A DNA stretch of 63,487 bases, the filler included, from Thraustochytrium aureum (lineage: Eukaryota): the NCBI GenBank assembly GCA_012862495.1. It is 4 parts of 2 records of this genome, joined end to end, with 100 filler letters (N's around TTAATTAATTAA, not from the genome) between each part and the next. Parts side by side here need not be neighbours in the genome. Positions count along the whole stretch, not along the records: positions 1 to 25,198 come from BLSG01000180.1; positions 25,299 to 42,087 come from BLSG01000180.1; 2 more parts are not named here. One strand, written 5' to 3'. The translations under genes and the position numbers were made by a program. Shown piece by piece: positions 23,080 through 32,750 of the stretch (positions are counted from its first letter, which is position 1; the number at the start of each line of letters is the position of its first letter). The notes under the pieces were generated by a model. That model was not told the origin of the DNA, ran no database searches, and saw only the letters and a list, made by a program, of their open reading frames with translations.

Positions 23080-24866
23080 CTAGCTAGAGCGCGCCTCGAT
23101 GGCGCGCAATCGCCGCAGCACAGGCTCGAGGTCAAACGGGAAGCTGCCCTCCGATGCGCAGTCTGGACGCTCAATCGGCCTGTACGCTTCGGGTAAAAGC
23201 CGGTAAGCCTCGTCATCGAGCCGGCGCCGCCACTCCGCGCGGCCTTCATGCCGCGTCTCCAAAACGTACACAAGCATGCGCAAGGCCTTTTTGGCACTAG
23301 CGTCCCCTGGCTTGCCTTTCGCGATCGCGTGGTCCACCATCTCCCTCAGCTCCTGTTCGAGGACGCCCCAGGTCCCGACCATTTGCTCGATGCGAGGGGC
23401 CCACCAAGTCTCGTGCTGTTTTTGGTGAACACCGCCCTGGCAGTAAAACATCCTGATCCACTGCAGCTCGAGCTCGGTGGCAAGCTCGCCAACGCACCGG
23501 ACGCGACGAGAGTCCAGCGCCTCGCCCCTCTTCCAGCGCGCCGCGCTCGGCCCGGTCACGCTCGCGCACCGCGCGCTGATCGCATCGAACGTCGCGCCTT
23601 GCGTGAGCGCGACGCGGTGCGTCGAAGCGTAGCGCGCGCACCTCCCCGCCACTACAGCGTGCTGGTGATGGTGGTTAAAGTTGCCGAGCATAAAGTACGA
23701 GTCGCCGTCCGCAAGAGGCGCGCGCAATGGCNNNNNNNNNNNNNNNNNNNNNNNNNNNNNNNNNNNNNNNNNNNNNNNNNNNNNNNNNNNNNNNNNNNNN
23801 NNNNNNNNNNNNNNNNNNNNNNNNNNNNNNNNNNNNNNNNNNNNNNNNNNNNNNNNNNNNNNNNNNNNNNNNNNNNNNNNNNNNNNNNNNNNNNNNNNNN
23901 NNNNNNNNNNNNNNNNNNNNNNNNNNNNNNNNNNNNNNNNNNCATAAAGTACGAGTCGCCGTCCGCAAGAGGCGCGCGCAATGGCGGAGCAAGACCCTCG
24001 CGCTCGCAGCACATGGCAATCTCCCAATCGCGGCTCGACTCGTCTGGCGTGTGGTGGTAGACGCCTATCGTGCTGAACGGCTCAAGGGTGCTGTCCTTGT
24101 GCCAATTGACAGCCAGCTTGAGCCGCGACCGGGGGAACCTCTTGTCGCTTTTGAACGGCAAGACTGGCTGCACCGGCGGCGCTTTGATGCCTCCTGGCCG
24201 CGCAGGGGCCGTCTCGGCGTTGGTGAGAGCCGCGTTGATCAGCGTCAGGTTGTAATCGCACCGGCCGACCCCTGCGCTCGCTGCCACGTGCCCGCCTTCT
24301 GCCCGCTTGGCCTCGATCAGCGCGTTGCCACGCTTCTCAAGGTGGGCGTTGAGCCGCTCGATGGCGCGCAGGGCGCCGCCAGCGATACTGCTGTCGGTCC
24401 ACGGCAGAGCGAACAGGCGCAGCGATTGGTACAAGTACGTCATCCCAGGCTTACCAACGAGGGCGCGCTGGACACGCGTCACGTTGACCTTTCCGCCGTA
24501 CGCCAAAACGTCATAGTGAAAGTAGCCCTCGCGGCGAAGGCGCTCCAGTGCGGCGTTCGCCTCACTGCGCAAGGCCTTGCTCTTTACCTGCTCGCAAGCA
24601 AACCCTGGGTAAGACCGAGCTCTGCACCGCAGGAACACAGCGCCGTCATCCTCCTCCGTCAGCGCCCATCTCGCTCCGAGCGCGCTACCAGCGGGGTCTT
24701 TGAACGCCCGCGGCCGCGGGTCGCTTTCGGGGCGAGCCTGCACAGTCGCCGTCGCTGCGAGCACCTTGGCCTTGACCTTGGCCTTCTTCGGCGTGGCCAG
24801 CACGACCTGCTCTTCAGCACGGCCACCCGGCTTCCGTTTCGCCCCGCGCTTGCCGTTCCCGCCCAT
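23080..24866 (-). CDS. FTO: FTO-like alpha-ketoglutarate-dependent RNA demethylase (N-terminal AlkB-like domain plus FTO C-terminal domain)
   Basis: LAVNWHKDSTL (HxD), LADGDSYFMLGNFNHHHQHAVVAG (distal His), RYASTHRVA (2OG-binding Arg), and C-terminal ELELQWIRMFYCQG...WWAPRIEQM. These parallel vertebrate FTO VSWHHDENL, GDCYFML..LN.THQHCVLAG, RFSSTHRVA and EVEFEWLRQFWFQG. The internal N gap is flanked by the same 43 bp on both sides. Confidence 0.92.
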
Positions 24867-25013
24867 CTCGAGCGGGCCCAGTCAGGCCAGCGTCGGGGAC
24901 CACGTGCACGACCAAGGTCGCGGCTCCTGCTGGAGCCGCTGCGCGAGGAAGCGGCGTCTCGTACGGAGATTGCAGCAATTGGGTCCAGATGCTGCCAATG
25001 CCATGCCCCGTCC

Positions 25014-25135
25014 AACTGCTGCCGCTGCTGCCGCTGCTGCCGCTGCTGCCACTGCTGCTGAATGTGATGCTGCTGCCACTGCGGCCACTGCTGCCACTGC
25101 TGCTGATGGTGATGGTGATGCTGCTCGTGGCGACC
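25014..25135. repeat. GCT/GCC/GAT trinucleotide low-complexity tract
   Basis: Read directly. Confidence 0.8.
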
Positions 25136-25198
25136 TGGTGGCCACTATTGTCACAAGCGCTACCAAACATTGCTCCCGGAAAAAAAAATTCCGGGAGC

Positions 25199-25298
25199 NN
25201 NNNNNNNNNNNNNNNNNNNNNNNNNNNNNNNNNNNNNNNNNNTTAATTAATTAANNNNNNNNNNNNNNNNNNNNNNNNNNNNNNNNNNNNNNNNNNNN
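25199..25298. other. Artificial scaffold-joining spacer (N44-TTAATTAATTAA-N44)
   Basis: 100 nt; the 12-mer at 25243-25254 puts stops in all six frames; the same spacer occurs three times. Confidence 0.95.
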
Positions 25299-26350
25299 TC
25301 AGCAGTCGGCCGGCTCTGCTGCGAGGCGACGTGACAAAAGTACGACCACCAGGTCGCGATGCATGACGAGTCCCGCTCGAGCAGCAGGCGGGGAAAGGCG
25401 TGCTGCGGGCTCAAGCTTGGCGTCTCAAAGACGACAGCCATCGGGGCCTCGAGCTGCACACTGCGCTCGCGAAACCACTTGGACGCGAAAAGCGTGTGCT
25501 TGTGGCCCAGCTGCGCGAAATCCACCCAAGCGGCCACGAGTCGCTCTTGCCCCCTGAGCAGGCTCGCTGCCAACACAGCGCTTTGAGCCTGCGCAAGCGC
25601 CGCGTTTGAAAGCTCGGGGGCGCGCTCTTGGTCAGTGAAAACAACGAGCGCCCAACTCGTCTGCGCAGCGAGAAAGGTTGCCAGCTCTCCGTCCGTCATG
25701 CAGGCGCGCACGTCCGGATACAGTGTGTGTTGCCGCTCGCGGAATCGCTCTTGCAGCGCTTCGCAGTGCGCGCCCTCGTCAAAGTCTTCCAGGAACGCGT
25801 CGAGCTCATTGTCCGAGTCCAGCTCCTCGACTTGCGCCTCCGCGGCCAGCTCTGCGGCCGCCTCCGCAGCACGGGCAGCTTGCGCATGCTCTTGCGCCCA
25901 CGCTGCGGGCGTCCGTGTCGGCCCGCCAAATCCGATCTGGATGCTGCCGAGCCTTTGCTCAGCCTGCGCCACAGGGTCGACCTTCCTGAGCGCCTTCATG
26001 ATCACAGCATGCTTCTTCCTGTCCTCCTGCTCCTTTGCGCAGCACTGCGCAAGCCCGGGGTCAGCTGCGAGTTCGTGCTCGCTCATCTCCGCGAAGCCTC
26101 CATCGCGCGATGTCCCGTGGTCGTGCTGGCAGGCCTCGCCAGGACCGTGGGCATGTCCATCCTCGTCGTGGCCGCCGCCAGGACCGCCGGCACCGCTCGA
26201 CAGAGCCTGGCGCTGCTCGCGCAGCGCGTCCTGGACCTCGCGACGCACCTCGTGCGGGCCCACTAGCGTCGGCGTCGCGTGGCGCGAAGCCATTCCGGTT
26301 TGGGGACTGGCGGCCTTCGCGCGATCTGTGCGCGTCTGTGCGCGATCCAT
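25299..26350 (-). CDS. Hypothetical protein, possibly phosducin/thioredoxin-like; truncated at the scaffold end
   Basis: His-rich segment, QCCAKEQED, acidic DSDNELDAFLEDFD, then a helix and an alpha/beta region resembling a degenerate thioredoxin fold. Confidence 0.5.
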
Positions 26351-26820
26351 GTCGGAATGCGCCGGGATGGNNNNNNNNNNNNNNNNNNNNNNNNNNNNNN
26401 NNNNNNNNNNNNNNNNNNNNNNNNNNNNNNNNNNNNNNNNNNNNNNNNNNNNNNNNNNNNNNNNNNNNNNNNNNNNNNNNNNNNNNNNNNNNNNNNNNNN
26501 NNNNNNNNNNNNNNNNNNNNNNNNNNNNNNNNNNNNNNNNNNNNNNNNNNNNNNNNNNNNNNNNNNNNNNNNNNNNNNNNNNNNNNNNNNNNNNNNNNNN
26601 NNNNNNNNNNNNNNNNNNNNNNNNNNNNNNNNNNNNNNNNNNNNNNNNNNNNNNNNNNNNNNNNNNNNNNNNNNNNNNNNNNNNNNNNNNNNNNNNNNNN
26701 NNNNNNNNNNNNNNNNNNNNNNNNNNNNNNNNNNNNNNNNNNNNNNNNNNNNNNNNNNNNNNNNNNNNNNNNNNNNNNNNNNNNNNNNNNNGGGCGGCCC
26801 TCCGCAGGACGACGCTCGCG

Positions 26821-28245
26821 ATGCGCGGGCTTGGCGCCCTGGTGGGGCTCCTCGGGCGCGCTGTGGTCCGCCCGATTGCCCTGGCTATCGGCGCTCTGTG
26901 GCTTTTGCGCAAGGCCTGGGCGAGGCGAGCCACGGCGGGCCGCGTGGAGGTCGCGGCGTGGGTTGTGTCGCTGGACCTCGTGCTGGGCGAGATACGACGC
27001 GCTTGTCATGACCCGGTGCACCGCCTCGCTGTGTTTGGGCATGATCACCTCGAGGCCCGTCCGGGCGTGCACCACATGGGCGGGTCCGAGCGCATGGAGC
27101 GGATCAAGGCGAGCATGGGCCTTGCGGACGGCCACGCAGCGGCTAGCAAGCTGTACCAGGCGCCGCGGTGGCTCTTGCACGGGGACCTGCGCACGGTGCT
27201 CCCCTCCGTTGCCTACCGCAAGCGCCCGCTGCGCTACTGGCGCTGCACATTCCCCTCGCGGGCTGCAACAAGTGAGCGGCACGGCATCACACTGGATTGG
27301 GCGCTTGCCGAGGACGAAGACAGCCCGCGGGCCGCAGACCGCGAACAAGCCAGCAAGTGCCTCGGGCCTCGCCCCGCTGGCCAGAGCGGCATCCGCCCAG
27401 TCGTCCTCCTGCTCGCGGGGGTTGGCGGGGACTCGGACGCCCCGTACGTGCGAGACGCAGTTCATGCTATCACGGGTCGCGGCTGGCGCGCCGTCGTGCT
27501 AGGCGCTCGTGGCCTTGGCAATGCTGTCCCCGTCGAAGACGTCAGAAACGTTTTCGACCCTGCCAACCTGGACGACGTCGTCGAGGCACTGCGCCTCGTT
27601 GACAAGGTGGCGTTGAAGGGGAACGGGCCGCTCTTCATCGCGGGATTTTCTCTGGGCGGCATAACGCTGTGCAACGTTTTGGGCCGCCGCGCGCGGGAGC
27701 TGCCAGCCAACCTTTTTGGCGCCGTGGCGCTGTCCGCCGGCTTTCGGTGCGACATGCTCGAGTGGGACAGGTATGAAAACGTGTACCAGCCGCTCATCGT
27801 GCCCAAGCTACTCGGCGAGCTCCTGGACAAGTACGAGCCGCAGCTCGAGGCGGTGCTCGGCGAGCGCGGCGTCGCTCACCTGCTTGAGAGTCGCACGTAC
27901 CGGAGCCTTTTTGAGCGCTTTTTCGCTAAACTTGCCGGCCCTTCGCAGCGCTCGTTCGCGGATTGGAAGGCGGCGCAGGAAGGCGCGGCGCACAGACCCG
28001 AGATCACGGTTCCTCTTCTATTTCTGGCAGCCTGCGACGACCCTTTGCACCACCCTGACACGATCGGTGCTGAGACGCATTCTGAGGCGCACCTCTTCGA
28101 CTCGCCCAACGTGCTGTATTGGCTCACTGCAACGGGTGGCCACGTCGCCTGGCCCACGCATGCCTGGCCTACCGCGTATGGGTTTCCGAGCAGCCAGATG
28201 GCTGCCTTCTTTGACGCCTGCATTGAGTCGCAGGTCCTGCGCTAG
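26821..28245 (+). CDS. Alpha/beta hydrolase of the ABHD1-3/YheT/Eht1 family with an N-terminal membrane anchor
   Basis: VVLLLAGVGGDS, nucleophile GFSLGG, ACDDP (Asp), TGGHVAW (His). Confidence 0.88.
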   Translation: MRGLGALVGLLGRAVVRPIALAIGALWLLRKAWARRATAGRVEVAAWVVSLDLVLGEIRRACHDPVHRLAVFGHDHLEARPGVHHMGGSERMERIKASMGLADGHAAASKLYQAPRWLLHGDLRTVLPSVAYRKRPLRYWRCTFPSRAATSERHGITLDWALAEDEDSPRAADREQASKCLGPRPAGQSGIRPVVLLLAGVGGDSDAPYVRDAVHAITGRGWRAVVLGARGLGNAVPVEDVRNVFDPANLDDVVEALRLVDKVALKGNGPLFIAGFSLGGITLCNVLGRRARELPANLFGAVALSAGFRCDMLEWDRYENVYQPLIVPKLLGELLDKYEPQLEAVLGERGVAHLLESRTYRSLFERFFAKLAGPSQRSFADWKAAQEGAAHRPEITVPLLFLAACDDPLHHPDTIGAETHSEAHLFDSPNVLYWLTATGGHVAWPTHAWPTAYGFPSSQMAAFFDACIESQVLR

Positions 28246-28860
28246 TCTGTGAAGCTCGGCGTCGCGTGTGGCGCGTCCCAAGCGCCACTCGATGGTTTGC
28301 AGGATGGTCTGATCAACAGCCCCGACCTCGCACCAAAAGGATCTTTCTGAGGACGGCCATGGCTTGAACGATCCGCGGTGGTGAAAGCGGCAGCTGGGCG
28401 GCATGACGTTTGTGTTAGAAAAAATCAAAAGAGTTGCCCATCGCCGCCACGGTTTGGGCTTCCACCCGCACCGACCGCGTGGGGCGACCGCGTTGGGAAA
28501 CTGTCATCATCGACGACTGCTAAATCCCATCTTGACTTTGAACAGTTTGCTCAAAACTCGGCCAAGCCTGCGAGAGCAGTCAAGCGTCGAGTCTCGAGTC
28601 ACCCCCGGAGGAACGACGTGGACGAAGGAACTTTTACTTGGACTAAGCTCTCGCCAACGAGGCCTTGCACGAAGCCCTCGGATCGAACGATATCTTTTAC
28701 TTCTCGGTCCGGTGAGCCTGTCCGGCGTGCGCAGGGTTCTGCATCGCTTTCGAAAATGTTTTTTTCTGCAAGAAGACTCTGTGTCTATCTAGCTGCCAGA
28801 AAGTTGCGGCCGTTGAAGCGCTCGCCCAGGCAAGCGGTGCCGAAACGTTAGGGATGGAGC

Positions 28861-29516
28861 TTAGCTCATAGCCCGGAGGCCAAGTGCGACAGCAAGTGCC
28901 CACATGGATGCGATAGGTCCGGCACCACAACCGCTAGTTGTCGGCTTGGCCGTCGGCCTGGGTGTCGGCGGGACGACAGCGATCGTTACCAGGTAGTTCG
29001 TTGTCGGATTCAGGGTCCGCATCAAGGTCGATGACATGGAAGTGAGCGAGAAGGGTCGACGGCGCCGCTCCCGCTTTCCGAAGAATTCCCCACAGACGAG
29101 AAAGTGCCAAACAGCAACCATCCGTTCTTGATGCCCAAGACGAGATTAAAGTTCAGGGTGTTGGTGGGCGGCGCAAGCGGCCGTGGGATGGGACCGCAGG
29201 TGCCAGGCTTGATCAGAACGTTTTGGAAGCTGCCCAGGAGCGCGCCGCTGGTCGTGTTCAGGTTGACAGACACGTCAACAACGACACCATCTGGAGGGCT
29301 ATCGATTGTGGTATTGGTGGACGAGATGTTTGCGGCAGATTCGCACAGGGCCACGTCCGTCCCCACCGGCCCGGCCTCCGTGAGTCGAAGCACCAGTTGG
29401 CCGTCCAGTTGCTCAAGGAAGCCTGTGTCGTGTTCCAGTCGAACGCCGTTGGTCGCTTCAAGCACTGCTGCAACCACCACCGCAATGATCAGTGCGCCCG
29501 CCTTGCTCATCGTCAT
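28861..29516 (-). CDS. Uncharacterised secreted, putatively GPI-anchored protein (paralog A); frameshift near 29040
   Basis: Signal peptide AGALIIAVVVAAVLEATNG. One added T joins DPSRSL to SMSSTLMRTLNPTTNYLVTI, then a PT linker and hydrophobic C-terminus. Colinear similarity to 29852-30700. Confidence 0.75.
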
Positions 29517-29757
29517 CTTCCTTCGCCTCTCCTCGCGCTGCCTCGTGGTCCACTCTGTGCTGTTCTCGACGTCACTCGAAAGCGATTTGGTCTGCTGACG
29601 ATGGGCGTTTTCTTGTCTCTTCAATTTGTCTCTTCACCATCTGAACTGAATTCTGGTCTCTTCATTCGAACGCCAACCACAGCGTGACAAGCAGCAACGC
29701 CATGGCCGCGCTGCGCAGACACAGTACCACTGTAGGTACTCAGTAGAGTAGGTAGTA

Positions 29758-29779
29758 CTCACGAGTCGCGACTCGCGAG
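29758..29779. promoter_or_regulatory. Palindrome in the divergent intergenic region (candidate bidirectional element)
   Basis: Perfect 14-bp CGAGTCGCGACTCG (29762-29775), extending to 22 bp with one mismatch. Function is inferred only. Confidence 0.3.
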
Positions 29780-29851
29780 GACTCTACTTACCTAAGGGAC
29801 TCTGCGGCTGGCGACGTTTGTGCCTGGGTGTGCTTTTGAGCGAGGTCAGGC

Positions 29852-30700
29852 ATGATGGGCAAGGGCTTCACGTTCGCAGTGTGGGCTATCGTGATGGGCA
29901 CCGCGACGGCTATTCGCCACGCGCACGAGCTCGCTCACGCGATGCAGAGTGTCCAAGTTAGCTTGGACGAGGGGTTANNNNNNNNNNNNNNNNNNNNNNN
30001 NNNNNNNNNNNNNNNNNNNNNNNNNNNNNNNNNNNNNNNNNNNNNNNNNNNNNNNNNNNNNNNNNNNNNNNNNNNNNNNNNNNNNNNNNNNNNNNNNNNN
30101 NNNNNNNNNNNNNNNNNNNNNNNNNGTGTCCAAGTTGGCTTGGACGAGGGGTTATTGTTCGAGAGCCAAGGCACCGCAGTGGAGTTGCAGGATGCAGGCC
30201 CAGAGGGCACGAATGAGGAGCTGTGCCAAGACGCTTTTAAAATGGCCCCGAATATCACTGCCGAGAACCCGGACGCTCCAATCGTCGTCAACGTCAATAT
30301 TCATGCCGAAGACAGAACCATCTTCGCGGTCTTCGACGATATCAACCTGGTCAATAATTCGTGCGGGCCTATCAAGGTGAATGGTGCGCCTCCTTCGGAG
30401 AGACTGCCGTTCAACCTGGTGCTTGGCAACTCGAACGGCGTTCTCATGAACGGCTCCTTTGGAAGCCGCAACAACGTTACGCAACGTTTCATAGGTGCGA
30501 GGGACCCGTCGCATTCGATTTCGTTTTCGTTTTCCGTGCTCAATCCGAACACCAGCTATGTCGTGAAGGTTGATATCGTCAAGCAGACGCAGCCGCCAGG
30601 GACTCCCAATCCTACGGTCTCTTCATCGCAGCTGTCGGCTGCCTCGGCGCAGGTGCTTGCGACAGCGCTCCTTTTCGCATCAGTCGCGTTGTCCAACTAG
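29852..30700 (+). CDS. Uncharacterised secreted, putatively GPI-anchored protein (paralog B); internal gap probably false
   Basis: Signal peptide MMGKGFTFAVWAIVMGTATA, N-glycosylation sequons, PT/S linker and hydrophobic tail VLATALLFASVALSN. The gap flanks are near-identical 29-mers. Confidence 0.78.
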   Translation: MMGKGFTFAVWAIVMGTATAIRHAHELAHAMQSVQVSLDEGLXXXXXXXXXXXXXXXXXXXXXXXXXXXXXXXXXXXXXXXXXXXXXXXXXXVQVGLDEGLLFESQGTAVELQDAGPEGTNEELCQDAFKMAPNITAENPDAPIVVNVNIHAEDRTIFAVFDDINLVNNSCGPIKVNGAPPSERLPFNLVLGNSNGVLMNGSFGSRNNVTQRFIGARDPSHSISFSFSVLNPNTSYVVKVDIVKQTQPPGTPNPTVSSSQLSAASAQVLATALLFASVALSN

Positions 30701-30763
30701 CGCGGAGGCCCAAGAAGGAAGAGTTGGTAGCTTTTACACAACGTGCTTGTGATTGGGGCTCTG

Positions 30764-30886
30764 CTTGACCGCGACTGCCTTGACCGCGACTGCCTTGACC
30801 GCGACTGCCTTGGCCGCGACTGCCTTGACCGCGACTGCCTTGACCGTGACTGCCTTGACCGCGACTGCCTTGACCGCGACTGCCTT
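30764..30886. repeat. 15-bp minisatellite (TTGACCGCGACTGCC), about 8 copies
   Basis: Read directly; two units carry single substitutions; no spacers. Confidence 0.92.
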
Positions 30887-30958
30887 CGCCGCTACTTAAA
30901 AACTCACAGTCAGCAGCGGCCTCCCAACCGGTGGGAGCTGCAATCGAGCGTTGCCCAC

Positions 30959-32062
30959 TTACGCCCCTCCCAGGGCGCGGATCTGCTGCGCGCTGGACGG
31001 CTGGCTGAAGAAAACCACGCAAGCACCGTTCGCTAGCTTCCAGTCCAACTCAATGACCAGTCGTCCATCCGCGGCTTGGCCATGCACATCGCCGAATCCG
31101 AGCGCTGTCTTGACGGAATGTCGCACTCGCCGAGCACTCGCTGGGCGAATCGTCGGAAGGAGATCGCGCCGCGGCCCAGTACCATTGTGCGCCTCGTCGT
31201 CAAACGCCTCATCAAGCTCCGCAGCAGCCTCGAGCGAGGCTGGCGTCTGGCCCGACTGCGAGCACCAAGCGCCGCGGGTCGACAAAACGTCTTCCGGTAG
31301 GACGTGGCTCTTGCCGATTCCAATGTCGCAGCCGAGCAAACCCTCGCCCGGCCAGTCGCTTGACGGCACGATGCGCACGATGCGGACTGTGTCACCTGCA
31401 GTGTTGTACACGTAGGTGAGCAGCGGCTTGCCGAGGCTTTGCCGGACCGCGGCGACGAGCGCCGCGCTACTGCGGAACGGGATCCCACCCACTGTGCCCA
31501 GCATGTAGTCGCTGCTGCTTTGTAGCCCCGCCAAGGCCGCCGGCGAGCCGGCCTGGACGTTGAGCACGTGCACGACGTGTTTGACCGCGTCGGTGTAGGA
31601 ATCTAGCACAACCCTCAACCCGGTCAGCCCGCCATCGGTCGCGGAGCGTGATTTGCTGCGCTTTGTCCACTGGCGTCGAGGCACAAACGCCACGCTGCGC
31701 AGCGTCCGATCTTTGCAGTTGAAGACGGTCAGCACGAGCTCCGCGTTTTCGTGTTCTGCTACGCACTTGGAAAACGCCTCGTCGCTCCACTTGGACATGT
31801 CTTTTGCCACCAGGTCGACATCTCCTGCGCGCACCACAAAGTCAAACCAGGGCACCAGTCCTTGGCCGTCCAGCGGCGCGCCTCGCGCCACGCTGAGCAC
31901 GCGGTACGCGAACCTTGGTTGGACCTGCCGGCTTTGCTCGTCGTCGCCAAGCCCAGCGCTTGAGCTGCTGCCTGTGCTGCCAAAGCTCGTCGTGCGTCCG
32001 ATCGAGCCGTCCTTGCGTCCAAGGGCCCACTCCAGCTCCGCGCCTCCGCGCCCGCTCGCCAT
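30959..32062 (-). CDS. GRASP55/65 (Golgi reassembly-stacking protein) with a C-terminal extension; probable intron 30962-30895 continuing into the minisatellite
   Basis: Tandem PDZ-like GRASP motifs: YRVLSVARGAP..GLVPWFDFVV, HVLNVQAGSPAALAGL...DYMLG, VYN..DTVRIVRIVPSSDWPGEGLLGCDIGIG. The apparent stop lies inside GTAAGT, followed by GCTGAC and TTTTTAAG. Confidence 0.88.
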   Translation of the reverse strand: MASGRGGAELEWALGRKDGSIGRTTSFGSTGSSSSAGLGDDEQSRQVQPRFAYRVLSVARGAPLDGQGLVPWFDFVVRAGDVDLVAKDMSKWSDEAFSKCVAEHENAELVLTVFNCKDRTLRSVAFVPRRQWTKRSKSRSATDGGLTGLRVVLDSYTDAVKHVVHVLNVQAGSPAALAGLQSSSDYMLGTVGGIPFRSSAALVAAVRQSLGKPLLTYVYNTAGDTVRIVRIVPSSDWPGEGLLGCDIGIGKSHVLPEDVLSTRGAWCSQSGQTPASLEAAAELDEAFDDEAHNGTGPRRDLLPTIRPASARRVRHSVKTALGFGDVHGQAADGRLVIELDWKLANGACVVFFSQPSSAQQIRALGGA

Positions 32063-32750
32063 GGCGCCAACCGCGATTCGTCGTCTGGCGTCTCCAAGTC
32101 ATCCACCATCTTGTCGCGCTTTCGAAAAGAGAAAAAAACACGAAAAAAACACCAGCAACATCTTGCGGCGCCGCCCTCGCAGGTGCGCGGCCAAGGCTGA
32201 GCGCGTCCTGCTTGGCGACGGTGCGCAACGGGCGCCCGACAGCGGCTTGCTTCTGCACCTCGGCTGGGTGGAGTTGGTTGGGCTGGGCCTGCAACGCGAG
32301 TTGTGCCGCTCGCCCAACTCAAGCTGCCGTGCACTCCACGCCGACGGACAACCTTGCAAGCGAGCTCGGGCGTGCCGCGCTGCTGCCGCGGGCGGGAGCG
32401 GGGCTGGGCTGGGCTGGGCTGCACAGTCTGTGCGCTCGCTAGAACGCAAGTGGGGGTGCGAGTTGGAATTTTTTCGGTGCGCTGGGCGCTGCAGGCCAAG
32501 CAAGCCCTTGACAGTTTGCTCCGCCATCGTGATTGGTGCGCCGACCGAAGCACAGTTGGCCTGGCCACCGCTCAACTGTTGAAACATACACTGTACTACT
32601 GCACGAGTACACAGGAGCCACTCGAGTGCTCTGCTCGGTTCTCACGCAGATGGCTCCGATTCCCCAAGTAGGAGTACCGTTGCCTTGTCGGAAAGTCGGC
32701 AGAGCACAAACCTTCGCTGCTGCAGGCGATGTGCTGTCCCGGCGTTAGGG

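Noticed and set aside
25172..25198. GCTCCCGGAA/TTCCGGGAGC hairpin as a terminator
   Set aside because: It lies at the extreme scaffold end, around a poly-A run, in a eukaryote; a read-end artefact is as likely.
25243..25254. TTAATTAATTAA as a piggyBac target site or regulatory motif
   Set aside because: It is centred in identical N spacers three times, so it is an artificial joiner.
30764..30886. 15-bp array as a CRISPR array
   Set aside because: Head-to-tail units with no spacers, no cas genes and a eukaryotic context; it is a minisatellite.
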